Below, piece after piece: positions 38,882-48,549 of a DNA stretch of 64,000 bases. The stretch covers positions 11,936-75,935 of the forward strand of contig CAYNGH010000001.1 of assembly GCA_964396845.1 (NCBI GenBank), written 5' to 3'. The DNA comes from an uncultured bacterium (GTDB lineage Bacteria > Vulcanimicrobiota > JAJTBE01 > CAYNGH01). Position 1 is the first letter of the stretch, and each line of letters begins with the position of its first letter. A program made the position numbers and the translations under genes. The notes beneath the pieces were generated by a model that did not search any database, was not told the DNA's origin, and worked only from the letters and a program-made list of their open reading frames with translations.

Positions 38882-40990
38882 TCAGGTTATGGAGAACAGG
38901 TATCCTTCGGTGGTTCCGATATAGATATCTCCGCTGGGGGCGATGGCTGGCGATGTTTCCACGGGTGCATTCAGGTTGAACCACCATCTTGATTTCCCGT
39001 AGGGGTGCAGTGCAAACAGGAAGCCTTTCTGAGTGGCGAAGTAAACCCCGCCATCGTCGGAAACTCCCACTGCTGTTGAGATTACATCGGAGGCATCGAA
39101 CCGCCATTTTTCCATTCCCTGGCTGTCCAGAGCATATAATTTGCTGTCGCTGGAGCCGAAGTATATGGTGCCTTCCCGGGAAATGGCTGGTGAGGAACGG
39201 ATCCATCCATTGGTGCGGAATTTCCATTGAAGTCCTCCGCTGTTGTCCAGGGCGTAGAGATGGTTGTCTTCACAGCCCAGATAAACAAAGCCTTCTTCAT
39301 CGCTGACAGGGGCCGAGGTGATCATCCCCGGCAGTTTTGCGCTCCAGTGCATATCTCCGTCGAGGCTCACAGAGCGAAGGATGCCCGGGATTATTCCGAT
39401 GAATATATTATCGGTTCTCCCTGCGGTAGGAGAAGCCACAACAGGCCCTTCCGCCTGGGCCATCCACAGGATATCCCCGTTGGGGTCGAAGCATTTGACT
39501 CCGCCGTCGATATCTGCCACATAAAGCCGGTTTCTGTGGAGCAGAATAGCTGCCTTGACAGGATTTTCCACCTGTCGCAACCATCGTCGGCTTCCATCAG
39601 GGCCAAGGGAATGGATGCCTCCTTTTTCATCAGCAAGGTAAAAGTTTCCCTGGTTATCCATGGCGGGAGTGGAGGAAACAATCCCCGATGCCCGGTATGA
39701 CCACTGGATTTTTCCCCGTTTGCTGTAACAGCAGAATTCATTTGCGCAACCGAAGTAAAGGTTTTCATTTTCATCGATAATCACCGATGAGGTAACTCCG
39801 GCTCCCACCTTCCGGGACCATTTCAGGCGTCCCTGCAGGCTGGCGGAAACCGGAGAATGACCGGTTCTGTATGGGTTTCCTTTGAACTGACGCCATCCTT
39901 TTTTAATCTCCTGGGGTGCTTCGGGAATATGGGATGGTTGCGAACCCGGCCCTTCCAGAAGTTCGCCATAGGGGGCCAGAATGCTGGTTCTCCGCCGTCG
40001 GAGCTGTTCCAGGTGATCCTGTATGGAATCAATCTGCCGGTTGAGATCGCTCAGCAGATCCCTGGCGCTGATTAGCCGTTCCAGGGCGTTTTTCATGTTT
40101 GTGATTCCAGGATAGCGTTGATCCGGGTTCAGGTGCAGTGCCCTGTTGACAATCGCTTCCAGCTCCGGGGGGAAGTCCGGGTTGAACTCCCGGATGGGTG
40201 GGAAATCGAAGGGTGCTTCCAGCTGGGGATCTCTGCCGGTAAGGAGATGATGAAGGGTTGCTCCCAGAGAGTAAACATCAGAGCGGGGTTCCGCATGTCC
40301 CCGATATTGTTCCGGGGGTGAATAACCCTGGGTTCCCACCATGGTTCCCCGGATTTTGGGGGCAAAGAACCGGGCAATTCCGAAATCCACCAGCCGGATA
40401 CTTCCCCGGGGTGTCACCATTATATTGGATGGTTTCATGTCCCGGTAAATTACCGGAGGATTGTGGGAGTGGAGATAATTGAGGACATCACAGATTTCCA
40501 ACGCCCATTGCAGGGCCATTTCCAGAGGCAGGGTCTTCCCGGTTTCCTGCAGACGGGTAAGCATCCTTCGCAGGTCGATCCCTTCCACCAGATCCATGAC
40601 AATGTAGGATCTCTGGTTTTCCCAGAAGTGCCGGTGAACTCTGGGGATGGCCCGGTGTCGCAGGGTCGCCAGAAGATCAACCTCCCGGCGGAAAAACTCC
40701 ATGGCAGCCCTTCGGGCATCAGAGGTGGTGAACCGGTCAATCATTTCTTTGATGGCCACATCCTGCCCGGTGGGATTATCATGGGCGCGATAGACATACC
40801 CCATCCCCCCGGCGCTCAGAAGACTTCTGATTACATAACGATCCTGCAGAACGGCTCCCTTGGGGAGGGTTCCCGTTGCCAGGAACACTCCGTCATCGGC
40901 TGTGGGGGCGGGGTTTATGAACTTGCCACAGCCAAGGCAGTATCGGGCTGTCTGGCGGTTTTCCATATTGCAGTATGGGCATGCGACCAT
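38882..40990 (-). CDS. Ser/Thr protein kinase with N-terminal zinc ribbon and C-terminal PQQ-like beta-propeller repeats
   Basis: CPYCNMEN...YCLGCG zinc ribbon. Kinase motifs GGMGYVYRA, AIKE, VIYRDMKPSNIMV, DFGIAR, SPPE. C-terminal repeats ...LYALD..G...W.F.... Confidence 0.85.
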   Translation of the reverse strand: MVACPYCNMENRQTARYCLGCGKFINPAPTADDGVFLATGTLPKGAVLQDRYVIRSLLSAGGMGYVYRAHDNPTGQDVAIKEMIDRFTTSDARRAAMEFFRREVDLLATLRHRAIPRVHRHFWENQRSYIVMDLVEGIDLRRMLTRLQETGKTLPLEMALQWALEICDVLNYLHSHNPPVIYRDMKPSNIMVTPRGSIRLVDFGIARFFAPKIRGTMVGTQGYSPPEQYRGHAEPRSDVYSLGATLHHLLTGRDPQLEAPFDFPPIREFNPDFPPELEAIVNRALHLNPDQRYPGITNMKNALERLISARDLLSDLNRQIDSIQDHLEQLRRRRTSILAPYGELLEGPGSQPSHIPEAPQEIKKGWRQFKGNPYRTGHSPVSASLQGRLKWSRKVGAGVTSSVIIDENENLYFGCANEFCCYSKRGKIQWSYRASGIVSSTPAMDNQGNFYLADEKGGIHSLGPDGSRRWLRQVENPVKAAILLHRNRLYVADIDGGVKCFDPNGDILWMAQAEGPVVASPTAGRTDNIFIGIIPGILRSVSLDGDMHWSAKLPGMITSAPVSDEEGFVYLGCEDNHLYALDNSGGLQWKFRTNGWIRSSPAISREGTIYFGSSDSKLYALDSQGMEKWRFDASDVISTAVGVSDDGGVYFATQKGFLFALHPYGKSRWWFNLNAPVETSPAIAPSGDIYIGTTEGYLFSIT

Positions 40991-41223
40991 ATCAATGGGA
41001 CTCCTTGGTGAGGGGATTAAAGTTTATCCGGTATAGATTTCTTTTTGCCGGGGCAATTCCCTCCATTGCATCAATATGGATGATCTGATTGATTTTCCAT
41101 GGGTTGCCCGTGGATATGAAGTTGTATATGGCCTTTCTCATTGAAGTTTCCCTGGTTGCTGTCATGTGGCATTGAGAGAAAAGCAGAGGTTTTTCCGCTG
41201 GCTCAGTCGAACATTGAGTTATC

Positions 41224-42051
41224 TTGTCATTGCGGGGTTTATTGCTGATGTATCCTGAAAAGAGCCGGTTGTTTCTATCCGATGGCGGTGGCTTGGAGCA
41301 GATGAAAGAGATGTTGGTTTCCAAGGGTTTGAACCTGGAGGTGACCACTTTTTCCAAGCCCCAGTATCTTGATGACTCTGATGCCCACCTGGCGGAATAT
41401 AAAAGAAATCTCTCAGAGTTGCCCTCCTGCCGGATCCTTGTTCACGGCCCATTCATCGATCTGAATATCGTATCCTCGGATCCCGGCATCGCGGCCATTT
41501 CCCGCGCCAGATACCTTCAGAGCATCCGGTGTGCCAGAGAACTTGGGGCCGAGGCCATCACATTTCACACCCAGTATAATCCTCTCCTTCGCCTTGGGTC
41601 ATACATCCGGGAATGGCTGGTGGGAACAGCCCGCTTCCTTGTGGAGATGACACAGGATCCTGTCTGTGAGGGCCTTGACATTTATGTGGAGAACATGTTC
41701 GAAGACTCCCCGGACCTGATGGTGGAGCTGATGAAGGCTGTGGATTCCCCCCGGGTGGGAATCACTCTGGATGTGGGTCATGTGGGGGTTTACGGCAAGG
41801 GAGAATATTCCCGCTGGATTCGAATGATGGCGCCATATATCCGCCATGTCCATCTTTCCGACAACCATGGGATGGTGGATGAGCATTTGCCCCTGGGCTC
41901 GGGTATTGTGGATTTTAAAGAAGTATTTGCCAGTCTTGCCCGGTTTGATGTTCGCCCCACATATACCATTGAGATGGGAAGCCCGGAAAAACAGCAGGAA
42001 AGTCTGGACTACCTGGACAGCCTTTCTGAAGGAAGGAAATCCCCGGACTGA
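41224..42051 (+). CDS. sugar phosphate isomerase/epimerase (xylose-isomerase-like TIM barrel)
   Basis: VGITLDVGHVGVYGKG...HLSDNHG pattern; 275 aa. Confidence 0.7.
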   Translation: MSLRGLLLMYPEKSRLFLSDGGGLEQMKEMLVSKGLNLEVTTFSKPQYLDDSDAHLAEYKRNLSELPSCRILVHGPFIDLNIVSSDPGIAAISRARYLQSIRCARELGAEAITFHTQYNPLLRLGSYIREWLVGTARFLVEMTQDPVCEGLDIYVENMFEDSPDLMVELMKAVDSPRVGITLDVGHVGVYGKGEYSRWIRMMAPYIRHVHLSDNHGMVDEHLPLGSGIVDFKEVFASLARFDVRPTYTIEMGSPEKQQESLDYLDSLSEGRKSPD

Positions 42052-42076
42052 TCCCCTGTTGAGGTTGTCATTCATC

Positions 42077-43219
42077 ATGAAGACTGATTTTGATGTGATA
42101 ATTGCAGGCTCCGGCCCCGGGGGAAGCACCTGTGCATTTCACCTGGCCTCGGCGGGGGCGGATGTGCTGGTTATAGAAAAGAAAGAACATCCCCGGGATA
42201 AACCCTGCGCCGGGGGTATCCCCGGGGTTCTCTTTCATGAGCCGAACATCAGGGAATTCAAGCCCCATGCCGGAGAAATAACCCGTTACCGGTTCACCAG
42301 CCGGGGAGAAAACCCCGCATCGGGATCCCTGCCTCGGGAGGGGATCTTCTGGGTGGATCGCGCAGCCTTTGATTATCATCTGTTTCTTATGGCCCGAAAT
42401 GCCGGGGCCGGGGTTCTTCAGAACACTCCCTTCAGCGATTATGCAATCCACAAGGATCACCTGGAAGTGACCGCGGGGGATTATCAGCTCCGGTGCAGGT
42501 ATCTTGCAGGGGCTGATGGAGGCTTTTCCCGGGTTGCCCGGAAGATTCACCCCAAAAAAAGGCCCATGGGCATATGCGGGTATTACCGGGTTCCCTTCCA
42601 GGCAGATTCCGCTGTATCGAACAGGGATATGGTTCATCTCGATTTTAACTTCATTGATGGCGGAGTTGCAGGGGTTATCCCCAAGGGGGATCATCTCTGG
42701 GTTGGTGCTTACACTGCCCAAAGATGCAACCTTGGGGAGCTTGAGATGGCCACCGATGAATTTATCAGCCTTCTGGGGTTGCCGGTGGCCACGGAAAAAT
42801 TCACAGGACTGAGGATTCCCCTGTATGATGACAGGATCCCCCTTCACCGGGGCCGGGTTCTTTTGATAGGTGAAGCCGGGGGGCTGGTGAACCCCATCTC
42901 GGGGGAAGGCATAAAACCGGCGGTGGATTCGGGACATATCGCCGCAGAAGAGCTGATTCAGCTGTTATCGGGAAAGGCCGGTAATTTTGCCCCTTATGAA
43001 CAGAAGGTGCGACAGATGATCGGCAGGGAGATGAAAATGGCGGGGCTGTTCTCGGTGCTGGCTTATGCCTTCCCGGGGATGGCTTATCACGGGATGACCC
43101 GGGTTGTTGACGACGCCGTCAGAATAATGAACGGCCAGCTGTCCTATGGTGACTTTCTCCGGAGGCTCAAGGGAAAAATTGCAGGAAAAATCAGGAGGGG
43201 ACTTGTCCATAAAGATTGA
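42077..43219 (+). CDS. geranylgeranyl reductase family FAD-dependent oxidoreductase
   Basis: MKTDFDVIIAGSGPGGSTCAFHLASAGADVLVIEKKEHPRDKPCAGGI... The ORF-track start at 41846 is an upstream artefact overlapping the preceding gene. Confidence 0.75.
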   Translation: MKTDFDVIIAGSGPGGSTCAFHLASAGADVLVIEKKEHPRDKPCAGGIPGVLFHEPNIREFKPHAGEITRYRFTSRGENPASGSLPREGIFWVDRAAFDYHLFLMARNAGAGVLQNTPFSDYAIHKDHLEVTAGDYQLRCRYLAGADGGFSRVARKIHPKKRPMGICGYYRVPFQADSAVSNRDMVHLDFNFIDGGVAGVIPKGDHLWVGAYTAQRCNLGELEMATDEFISLLGLPVATEKFTGLRIPLYDDRIPLHRGRVLLIGEAGGLVNPISGEGIKPAVDSGHIAAEELIQLLSGKAGNFAPYEQKVRQMIGREMKMAGLFSVLAYAFPGMAYHGMTRVVDDAVRIMNGQLSYGDFLRRLKGKIAGKIRRGLVHKD

Positions 43220-43721
43220 GGTGATAAGGAACAGTCGCCGTCGGAAGACCTGTTCGGCGCAGTTGAAGGATGATGTGATAATTGTCCGCATTCCCCGGCG
43301 CATGAGTCAGGAGCAGGAAAAAAAGGCAGTGAAGGAACTCACGGAAAGAATCCTGAAACGGCAACACCGGGAGAAGCTCAACCGGGAGCATTCCCTGACG
43401 GACAGGGCCCGGAGCCTCTGCCGGAAATACCTCGGGGTTGATCCTCCTGTGGAGTCGGTTCAATTTGTCACCAACCAGAACAGCTGTTTCGGCTCCTGCA
43501 GTGTGGGGACAGGGAAGATCCGCATATCCCACCGGCTGGAAAATGCTCCGGGTTGGGTTCTGGATTATGTCCTTATCCACGAGATGGCCCATCTTGTCCA
43601 TGGCAACCATTCCCGGGCATTTTACCAGCTTCTGGATAAATACCCCATGGCAGAGAGGGCCAGGGGATTTCTCATTGCCCTGTCGTTCATCCCCGATGAC
43701 AGTAATGATATTCTTGTCTGA
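43146..43721 (+). CDS. YgjP/DUF45-like HExxH metal-dependent hydrolase
   Basis: YVLIHEMAHLVHGNHSRAFYQLL near the C-terminus. The true start is probably internal, with a TTG/GTG around 43203, because the long ORF overlaps the GGR gene. Confidence 0.6.
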   Translation: MVTFSGGSREKLQEKSGGDLSIKIEVIRNSRRRKTCSAQLKDDVIIVRIPRRMSQEQEKKAVKELTERILKRQHREKLNREHSLTDRARSLCRKYLGVDPPVESVQFVTNQNSCFGSCSVGTGKIRISHRLENAPGWVLDYVLIHEMAHLVHGNHSRAFYQLLDKYPMAERARGFLIALSFIPDDSNDILV

Positions 43722-43725
43722 GGTT

Positions 43726-44349
43726 TTAATCCAGGTCCAGAAAACCCCGAACCATGTTCTTGACCATACTCACCGCGGCGGCATTGAAACCCCGCCAGGG
43801 AAGAATGATGTCGGCGTAACGTTTGCTTTTGTCAACAAATTCGAAATGCATGGGTCGAACCGTGGTGAGATATTGATTTATAACCGATTCCAGGTCCCGG
43901 CCCCGCACCTGAATATCCCGTTTCAGTCGTCGGATGAAGCGGACATCGTCATCGGTGTCGATATATATCTTCACATCCATGCCATCCCGCAACCGGGGGC
44001 TGTCCAGCACCAGGATCCCCTCAACGATGAGCACCTGTTTTGGCTCTACGGTGGTGGTTTCTTTCTGTCTTGTGTGGGTGACGAAGTCGTATATGGGCAT
44101 TTCGATGGGTTTCCCCGCCTTGAGAGTGTGCAGGTGTTCCGCCATGAGCTGTGCATCAAAGGAATCGGGATGGTCAAAGTTAACTTTTGCTCTCTCTGCC
44201 GGGGGCAGGTGGGACAAGTCCTTGTAATAATTATCCTGAACAATGAGCACCACTCGTTCCTTGCCCAGGTCCTCTGCAATCATTTCCGCCACGGTGGTTT
44301 TCCCCGATCCGGAACCTCCCGCTATTCCGATGGCCAGTATCTTATTCAT
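43726..44349 (-). CDS. udk: uridine kinase
   Basis: P-loop ILAIGIAGGSGSGKTTVAEMIAEDL...QDNYYKD...; 207 aa. Confidence 0.9.
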   Translation of the reverse strand: MNKILAIGIAGGSGSGKTTVAEMIAEDLGKERVVLIVQDNYYKDLSHLPPAERAKVNFDHPDSFDAQLMAEHLHTLKAGKPIEMPIYDFVTHTRQKETTTVEPKQVLIVEGILVLDSPRLRDGMDVKIYIDTDDDVRFIRRLKRDIQVRGRDLESVINQYLTTVRPMHFEFVDKSKRYADIILPWRGFNAAAVSMVKNMVRGFLDLD

Positions 44350-44394
44350 TCAATCCTCCCGGTATTTTTCTGACAGTTAAAAAAAAAGTGAAGG

Positions 44395-44730
44395 CTATGG
44401 CTTCACTTGGATCCTGTTGACCACCCGGTCAACACCTTCAACTCCCAGGGCGATTTCGCCGGCTTCATTCTTGAGTTTGTCGGTGGAAACAGTTCCCTCC
44501 AGGGTACATTCTCTGTTTACCACCGTCACCTTCAGTCCTGCTGTGGCCAGATCCTCCACCTGCTGGAGTCCCGCTTTCACTGCGGCAGTTTTGGAGGTGT
44601 CCAGGGGTTGAATGCTGGCGGGCTTCGACTGGGTTGCCGGGGATATGCATCCTGCAATAAATGACATTCCCAAGGCAACCACTGCAACCGCCATCAGCAG
44701 TCGATGTTTTAATCTCAAACTGAACACCAC
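44395..44730 (-). CDS. BON-domain (OsmY-like) periplasmic protein
   Basis: Signal peptide MVFSLRLKHRLLMAVAVVALGMSFIAGC, then a BON-like region TVVNRECTLEGTVSTDKLKNEAGEIALGVEGVDRVVNRIQV. Confidence 0.7.
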   Translation of the reverse strand: MVFSLRLKHRLLMAVAVVALGMSFIAGCISPATQSKPASIQPLDTSKTAAVKAGLQQVEDLATAGLKVTVVNRECTLEGTVSTDKLKNEAGEIALGVEGVDRVVNRIQVKP

Positions 44731-44954
44731 CTTTCAGGGTTTTATTTATCCTCCAATCCCGGATTTCCTTTTACAGGATACGTGAATAATATTATCCAGG
44801 ACTTACGCAATTTTTATTTGATCTGTTAAACTTTCATAGAAGAAGACCGTTGTTTCCATTCTATTTGTGATCAGATATTTTTTCGATGATATTTGGGTTC
44901 GTTAAAAACGCTAATCTATCTAAGCTCAACTTTGAGTAACTCCTGACTATCCTC

Positions 44955-45041
44955 CATTGGTGTTCGTTTAAGCAATATGCCTCCGTTGTTGCGCTGTCGG
45001 GCCGGGGTTTCTGGCATTAGCCGAACACGGATATATTATCC
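44955..45041 (+). repeat. recurring conserved intergenic element, copy B (upstream of a lipoprotein gene), enclosed by the inverted repeat gtgttcg ... cgaacac
   Basis: See copy A. It also shares the 3' block gatatattatcc with copy C. Confidence 0.5.
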
Positions 45042-45157
45042 TCCAGTCATGGATGATTCCGAGGTTTTTCCCAGTCATTGCCCTCCATGCATATCTTGGG
45101 CAGGATATTTTTAATATCCATAGAATACTCAGAAAAACAAGTCAGGGAGGGTTTTCG

Positions 45158-45463
45158 GTGAATAAACCGCAAGAGAAAGAAAAACTCATGTCCCGGTGGG
45201 ATTTTATGAAACTGGGGGTTACGGCCCTTGCCGGGGTAGTGGTGTTCGGTGTGTCCGGCTGTCGTGGTGACGGCCTGGAGCCGAAGCCCAATGTGCCCAT
45301 ACCCAGAACTTATAATTTTATCGGGGATCCAAAAACTAAAGTATATCATCGGATGAATTGCCGGCTTGCCCCGGACAAGTCAAAGGGAGTCTTCTTCGAT
45401 TCTCCCATCGGAGCTAAACACTCCGGTTACCGGCCTTGTCTGGGCTGCAAACCCATGGAGTAA
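45158..45463 (+). CDS. hypothetical small lipoprotein (Cys-rich C-terminus)
   Basis: GTG start 7 nt after RBS CAGGGAGGG. Lipobox-like FGVSGC. C-terminal ...YHRMNCRLAPD...GYRPCLGCKPME. Confidence 0.4.
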   Translation: MNKPQEKEKLMSRWDFMKLGVTALAGVVVFGVSGCRGDGLEPKPNVPIPRTYNFIGDPKTKVYHRMNCRLAPDKSKGVFFDSPIGAKHSGYRPCLGCKPME

Positions 45464-45583
45464 ATTCCGAATTATTCTCATTGACATCGCGGGGCATTTT
45501 TTGCCCCGTGTTTGCTTTGTCGGGGATCCTTCCCCCTTTTCTTCCATCCTGTTTAATGAATATTTTCCTTGAGGTGATTCAAT

Positions 45584-47020
45584 ATGTCAAACAAATCCCA
45601 GGAATACTGCCCCATCATCGGCGGTGAATTTGTAAAAACCGGCGACATCCGGGAGATAAGAAACCCTTATGATTCATCCCTGGTGGGCCGGGTTCATTTT
45701 GCCGGGCCTGATATGATGGATAAGGTTGTCGAAAAAGCCGTTGAAGGTTACCAGGCCATGAGATCCCTGCCGGTATATGAGAAGGCCCGGATTCTGGAGG
45801 AAATGGCCCGGGGAGTGCGGGAAAACCTGGAAGAGATTGCCGGGATTATTGCCCGGGAGGCAGGAAAGCCCATAAAGTTTGCCCGGGGTGAGGCAACCCG
45901 CTGTGCTCTGACCCTGCAGACTTCTGCGGAGGAAGCAAAACGGATTAACGGCGAGGTTATGGCCCTGGACTGGGCCGAGTCAGCAAAGGGACGCACTGGT
46001 TTCACCCGGCGTTTTCCCATGGGGCCGATCCTGGGCATATCTCCCTTCAATTTTCCTCTGAACCTTGCAGCTCACAAGGTGGGGCCAGCCCTGGCCGCGG
46101 GGAACTCCATCATCATCAAGCCTTCTTCATCGGATCCCATCTCGGCCCTGTGGCTGGGAAACCTGGCCCGGAAGGCCGGCGCACCAGCGGGAGCCTTGCA
46201 GGTGATTCCCGCATCGCCGGCATCCCTGGAGCCTCTGGTGAACAGCCATGAGATAAAGATGATCTCCTTCACTGGGTCGCCCCGGGTGGGATGGGCCCTC
46301 AAGGATCGCTCCCGACGGAAGAAGGTGGCCCTGGAGTTGGGAGGCAACGGCGGAGTTGTCATTGACCGGGACTGTGACACAGATTATGCCGTGAGCCGGG
46401 TGCTTATGGGAGGTTTTGCCTATGCCGGTCAGGTTTGCATATCTGTGCAGAGGGTGATTATTCACCGGGATATTTACAGCCAGTTCCGGGATCTTCTTCT
46501 CTGTGAGCTTCCCCGGCAGGTGAAACTGTCGGATCCCTTGGATCCTGCCGGGACCCTTTCGGCAATGATCCGGGAAGAAGAAGCCCGCCGGGTGGAATCG
46601 TGGATAAAAGAAGCCCTGGATGCCGGCGGAGTTCTTCTTGCGGGAGGAGATCGCAACGGCTCCTGCATGAGTCCCACTATAATGGAAAAAGTTCCCCGGG
46701 ATGCAAAAATTTATCGGGAAGAAGCCTTCGGCCCGGTTATTGTGCTGGAGCAGGCGGATTCCCTTGATGACGGGATTGACAGGATTAACGATTCCCGTTT
46801 CGGCCTGCAGTCAGGGGTATTCACCAGGGACCTGGAGGGCGCTCTGAAAGCCTTTGACACGATTGAAGCCGGTGGTGTCATGATAAACGATGTGCCCACA
46901 TTCCGTATTGATCCCATGCCTTATGGAGGGGTGAAGGAGTCGGGCTTTGGACGGGAGGGAGTCCGGTATTCTATCGAAGAAATGACGGAACTGAAACTTA
47001 TGGTGATTAACCGGCAGTAG
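45584..47020 (+). CDS. NAD(P)-dependent aldehyde dehydrogenase family protein
   Basis: ALDH blocks ...FTGSPRVGW..., ELGGNGG, and catalytic Cys context GQVCISVQR; 478 aa. Confidence 0.85.
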   Translation: MSNKSQEYCPIIGGEFVKTGDIREIRNPYDSSLVGRVHFAGPDMMDKVVEKAVEGYQAMRSLPVYEKARILEEMARGVRENLEEIAGIIAREAGKPIKFARGEATRCALTLQTSAEEAKRINGEVMALDWAESAKGRTGFTRRFPMGPILGISPFNFPLNLAAHKVGPALAAGNSIIIKPSSSDPISALWLGNLARKAGAPAGALQVIPASPASLEPLVNSHEIKMISFTGSPRVGWALKDRSRRKKVALELGGNGGVVIDRDCDTDYAVSRVLMGGFAYAGQVCISVQRVIIHRDIYSQFRDLLLCELPRQVKLSDPLDPAGTLSAMIREEEARRVESWIKEALDAGGVLLAGGDRNGSCMSPTIMEKVPRDAKIYREEAFGPVIVLEQADSLDDGIDRINDSRFGLQSGVFTRDLEGALKAFDTIEAGGVMINDVPTFRIDPMPYGGVKESGFGREGVRYSIEEMTELKLMVINRQ

Positions 47021-47053
47021 AATCAACCCCGGAGAGTGGCTGTTGTCGCCGGC

Positions 47054-47752
47054 TCATATCCCCTCGCCGGCATCAATCCTGTATGTTGTCCCGGAGGCCC
47101 CGGCCCTGTTTTTATATTTCTCAAAGCTGGTCTGGGAGATTTTTCCCGATATATTGCCGTCGGGCTTTTTCACCGTCATCAGACGATAGCCTTCTCCTGC
47201 CTGCCCGCCAGGGATTATCTCGAATTCATTCCAGGGAACAATGAATATATAACCGCCTTCATTGCAAAGAGCAACCCCCCGGTCGGCCATAATTGCCTTC
47301 CATTTTGTTGTAATCATTCTGTTGCCTAATGCCAGAAATTTTGAGGTGACAAAACTGATGATTTCATCTCTTTCATCTTCTGCCTGGGAATTGTCGAGGG
47401 AAACATATTCAATGATATGTCCAATTTCTGCCAATATTTCCCTGGAGGGTTCAACTTTGGGGATATCGCGTTCTACTTTTATTTTTAGCAATATACAAAA
47501 CTCGATAAGAATAAAGATCATTAGAAACTGAAGTATCTTGATAATGTTGTTGGCAAGGCTTGTGTTATGCCAGTGCTGGTGTTTCAGCATCACAAACCCG
47601 CAAATCCCGGCAATGATGAAGGCTATCATCAGCAGAATATATCTGCAGTAGAAGTCCACTTTGGGATCGGTCTTGATTTTTTGACCTTCAACTATGTGGT
47701 TGTGCCATTTTGCGCCTTCCTTCAGTTCCTGCAGGCTGTGTCGAAATTTCAA
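47054..47752 (-). CDS. hypothetical membrane protein in a low-GC segment
   Basis: Two TM helices (ILLMIAFIIAGICGFVML, ILQFLMIFILIEFCILL). Local GC is visibly lower than the surroundings. Confidence 0.4.
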   Translation of the reverse strand: MKFRHSLQELKEGAKWHNHIVEGQKIKTDPKVDFYCRYILLMIAFIIAGICGFVMLKHQHWHNTSLANNIIKILQFLMIFILIEFCILLKIKVERDIPKVEPSREILAEIGHIIEYVSLDNSQAEDERDEIISFVTSKFLALGNRMITTKWKAIMADRGVALCNEGGYIFIVPWNEFEIIPGGQAGEGYRLMTVKKPDGNISGKISQTSFEKYKNRAGASGTTYRIDAGEGI

Positions 47753-48066
47753 GGCTCCTCCTGTCGGGCAGAGAAAAACGATTATATCTGTAGTGTTCTG
47801 ACATACAAAGTAGGATTCCTCCGGCGAAAAAAACCGACATTATGACTGGATGATGATGTCAGGCAAATAAAAACAGGCGGTATTGCCGCCCGGTGTATTC
47901 TAATCGTATATTTGGTTGTGATCCCCTGCGAGTAGTGATTTCTGGAAACAGGGAGATTACCTGCATTGTCTGGTTTATTATTACTGCCCCGTTGACTTCA
48001 ATGATTCATGGGCAAAACATGCCGGGGCGGGTATTTCTTCAGTATGATGAAGCCGGCATTTTGTCT

Positions 48067-48435
48067 TCAGGAGGCAATCTCTTCCAGGGTGTTGTCAATA
48101 TGTCCCTGATCCAGCAGGAACATCACCCGGCGATGGAGTTTATCGGATCGGATAAGCCTTGAGGCTTCACCTCCGCCCATTTCCCGGATGCGGGAAGACA
48201 CCTGTTGCAACAGGCGGGGCGCATCTCCAGGGGGGATTACCTTTTCCGGACTGGTTTTAATCATCTGCTCCAGGTAGCGCAGACTCTTGTAATCGTTGGA
48301 CAAGGCCAGATCCATTTCACTAATGGCCTTTTCCGGGGGCATCACCTTCACCACCGGCGGAGGTGGAGGCGGTACCGGCACCGGCTCTCTGGGAGGTTGA
48401 TTCTGGGGTGTGACATTGGACAGCAAGTCAATCAC
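48067..48435 (-). CDS. hypothetical protein with poly-Pro N-terminus
   Basis: PVPVPPPPPPVVKVMPP tract; I recognise no family. Confidence 0.3.
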   Translation of the reverse strand: MIDLLSNVTPQNQPPREPVPVPPPPPPVVKVMPPEKAISEMDLALSNDYKSLRYLEQMIKTSPEKVIPPGDAPRLLQQVSSRIREMGGGEASRLIRSDKLHRRVMFLLDQGHIDNTLEEIAS

Positions 48436-48549
48436 CTGCCTTCCGACAAATAAATATTCCTTCCCATGAACGTTATCGGATCATGGGGGAGATATTTAAG
48501 GGCATGGCAAAAAAATCTGAAAAAATTATTTCTATCACCGGGAGATAGA

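Noticed and set aside
40992-41357. 121-aa minus-strand ORF in the kinase upstream region.
   Set aside because: It overlaps the start of the plus-strand isomerase gene, has no RBS or recognisable motif, and sits where the divergent promoters should be.
41846-42076. Upstream extension of the geranylgeranyl-reductase ORF (track start at 41846).
   Set aside because: The extension overlaps the 3' end of the isomerase gene in another frame and precedes the canonical FAD-binding N-terminus MKTDFDVIIAGSGPGG. The true start is the ATG at 42077.
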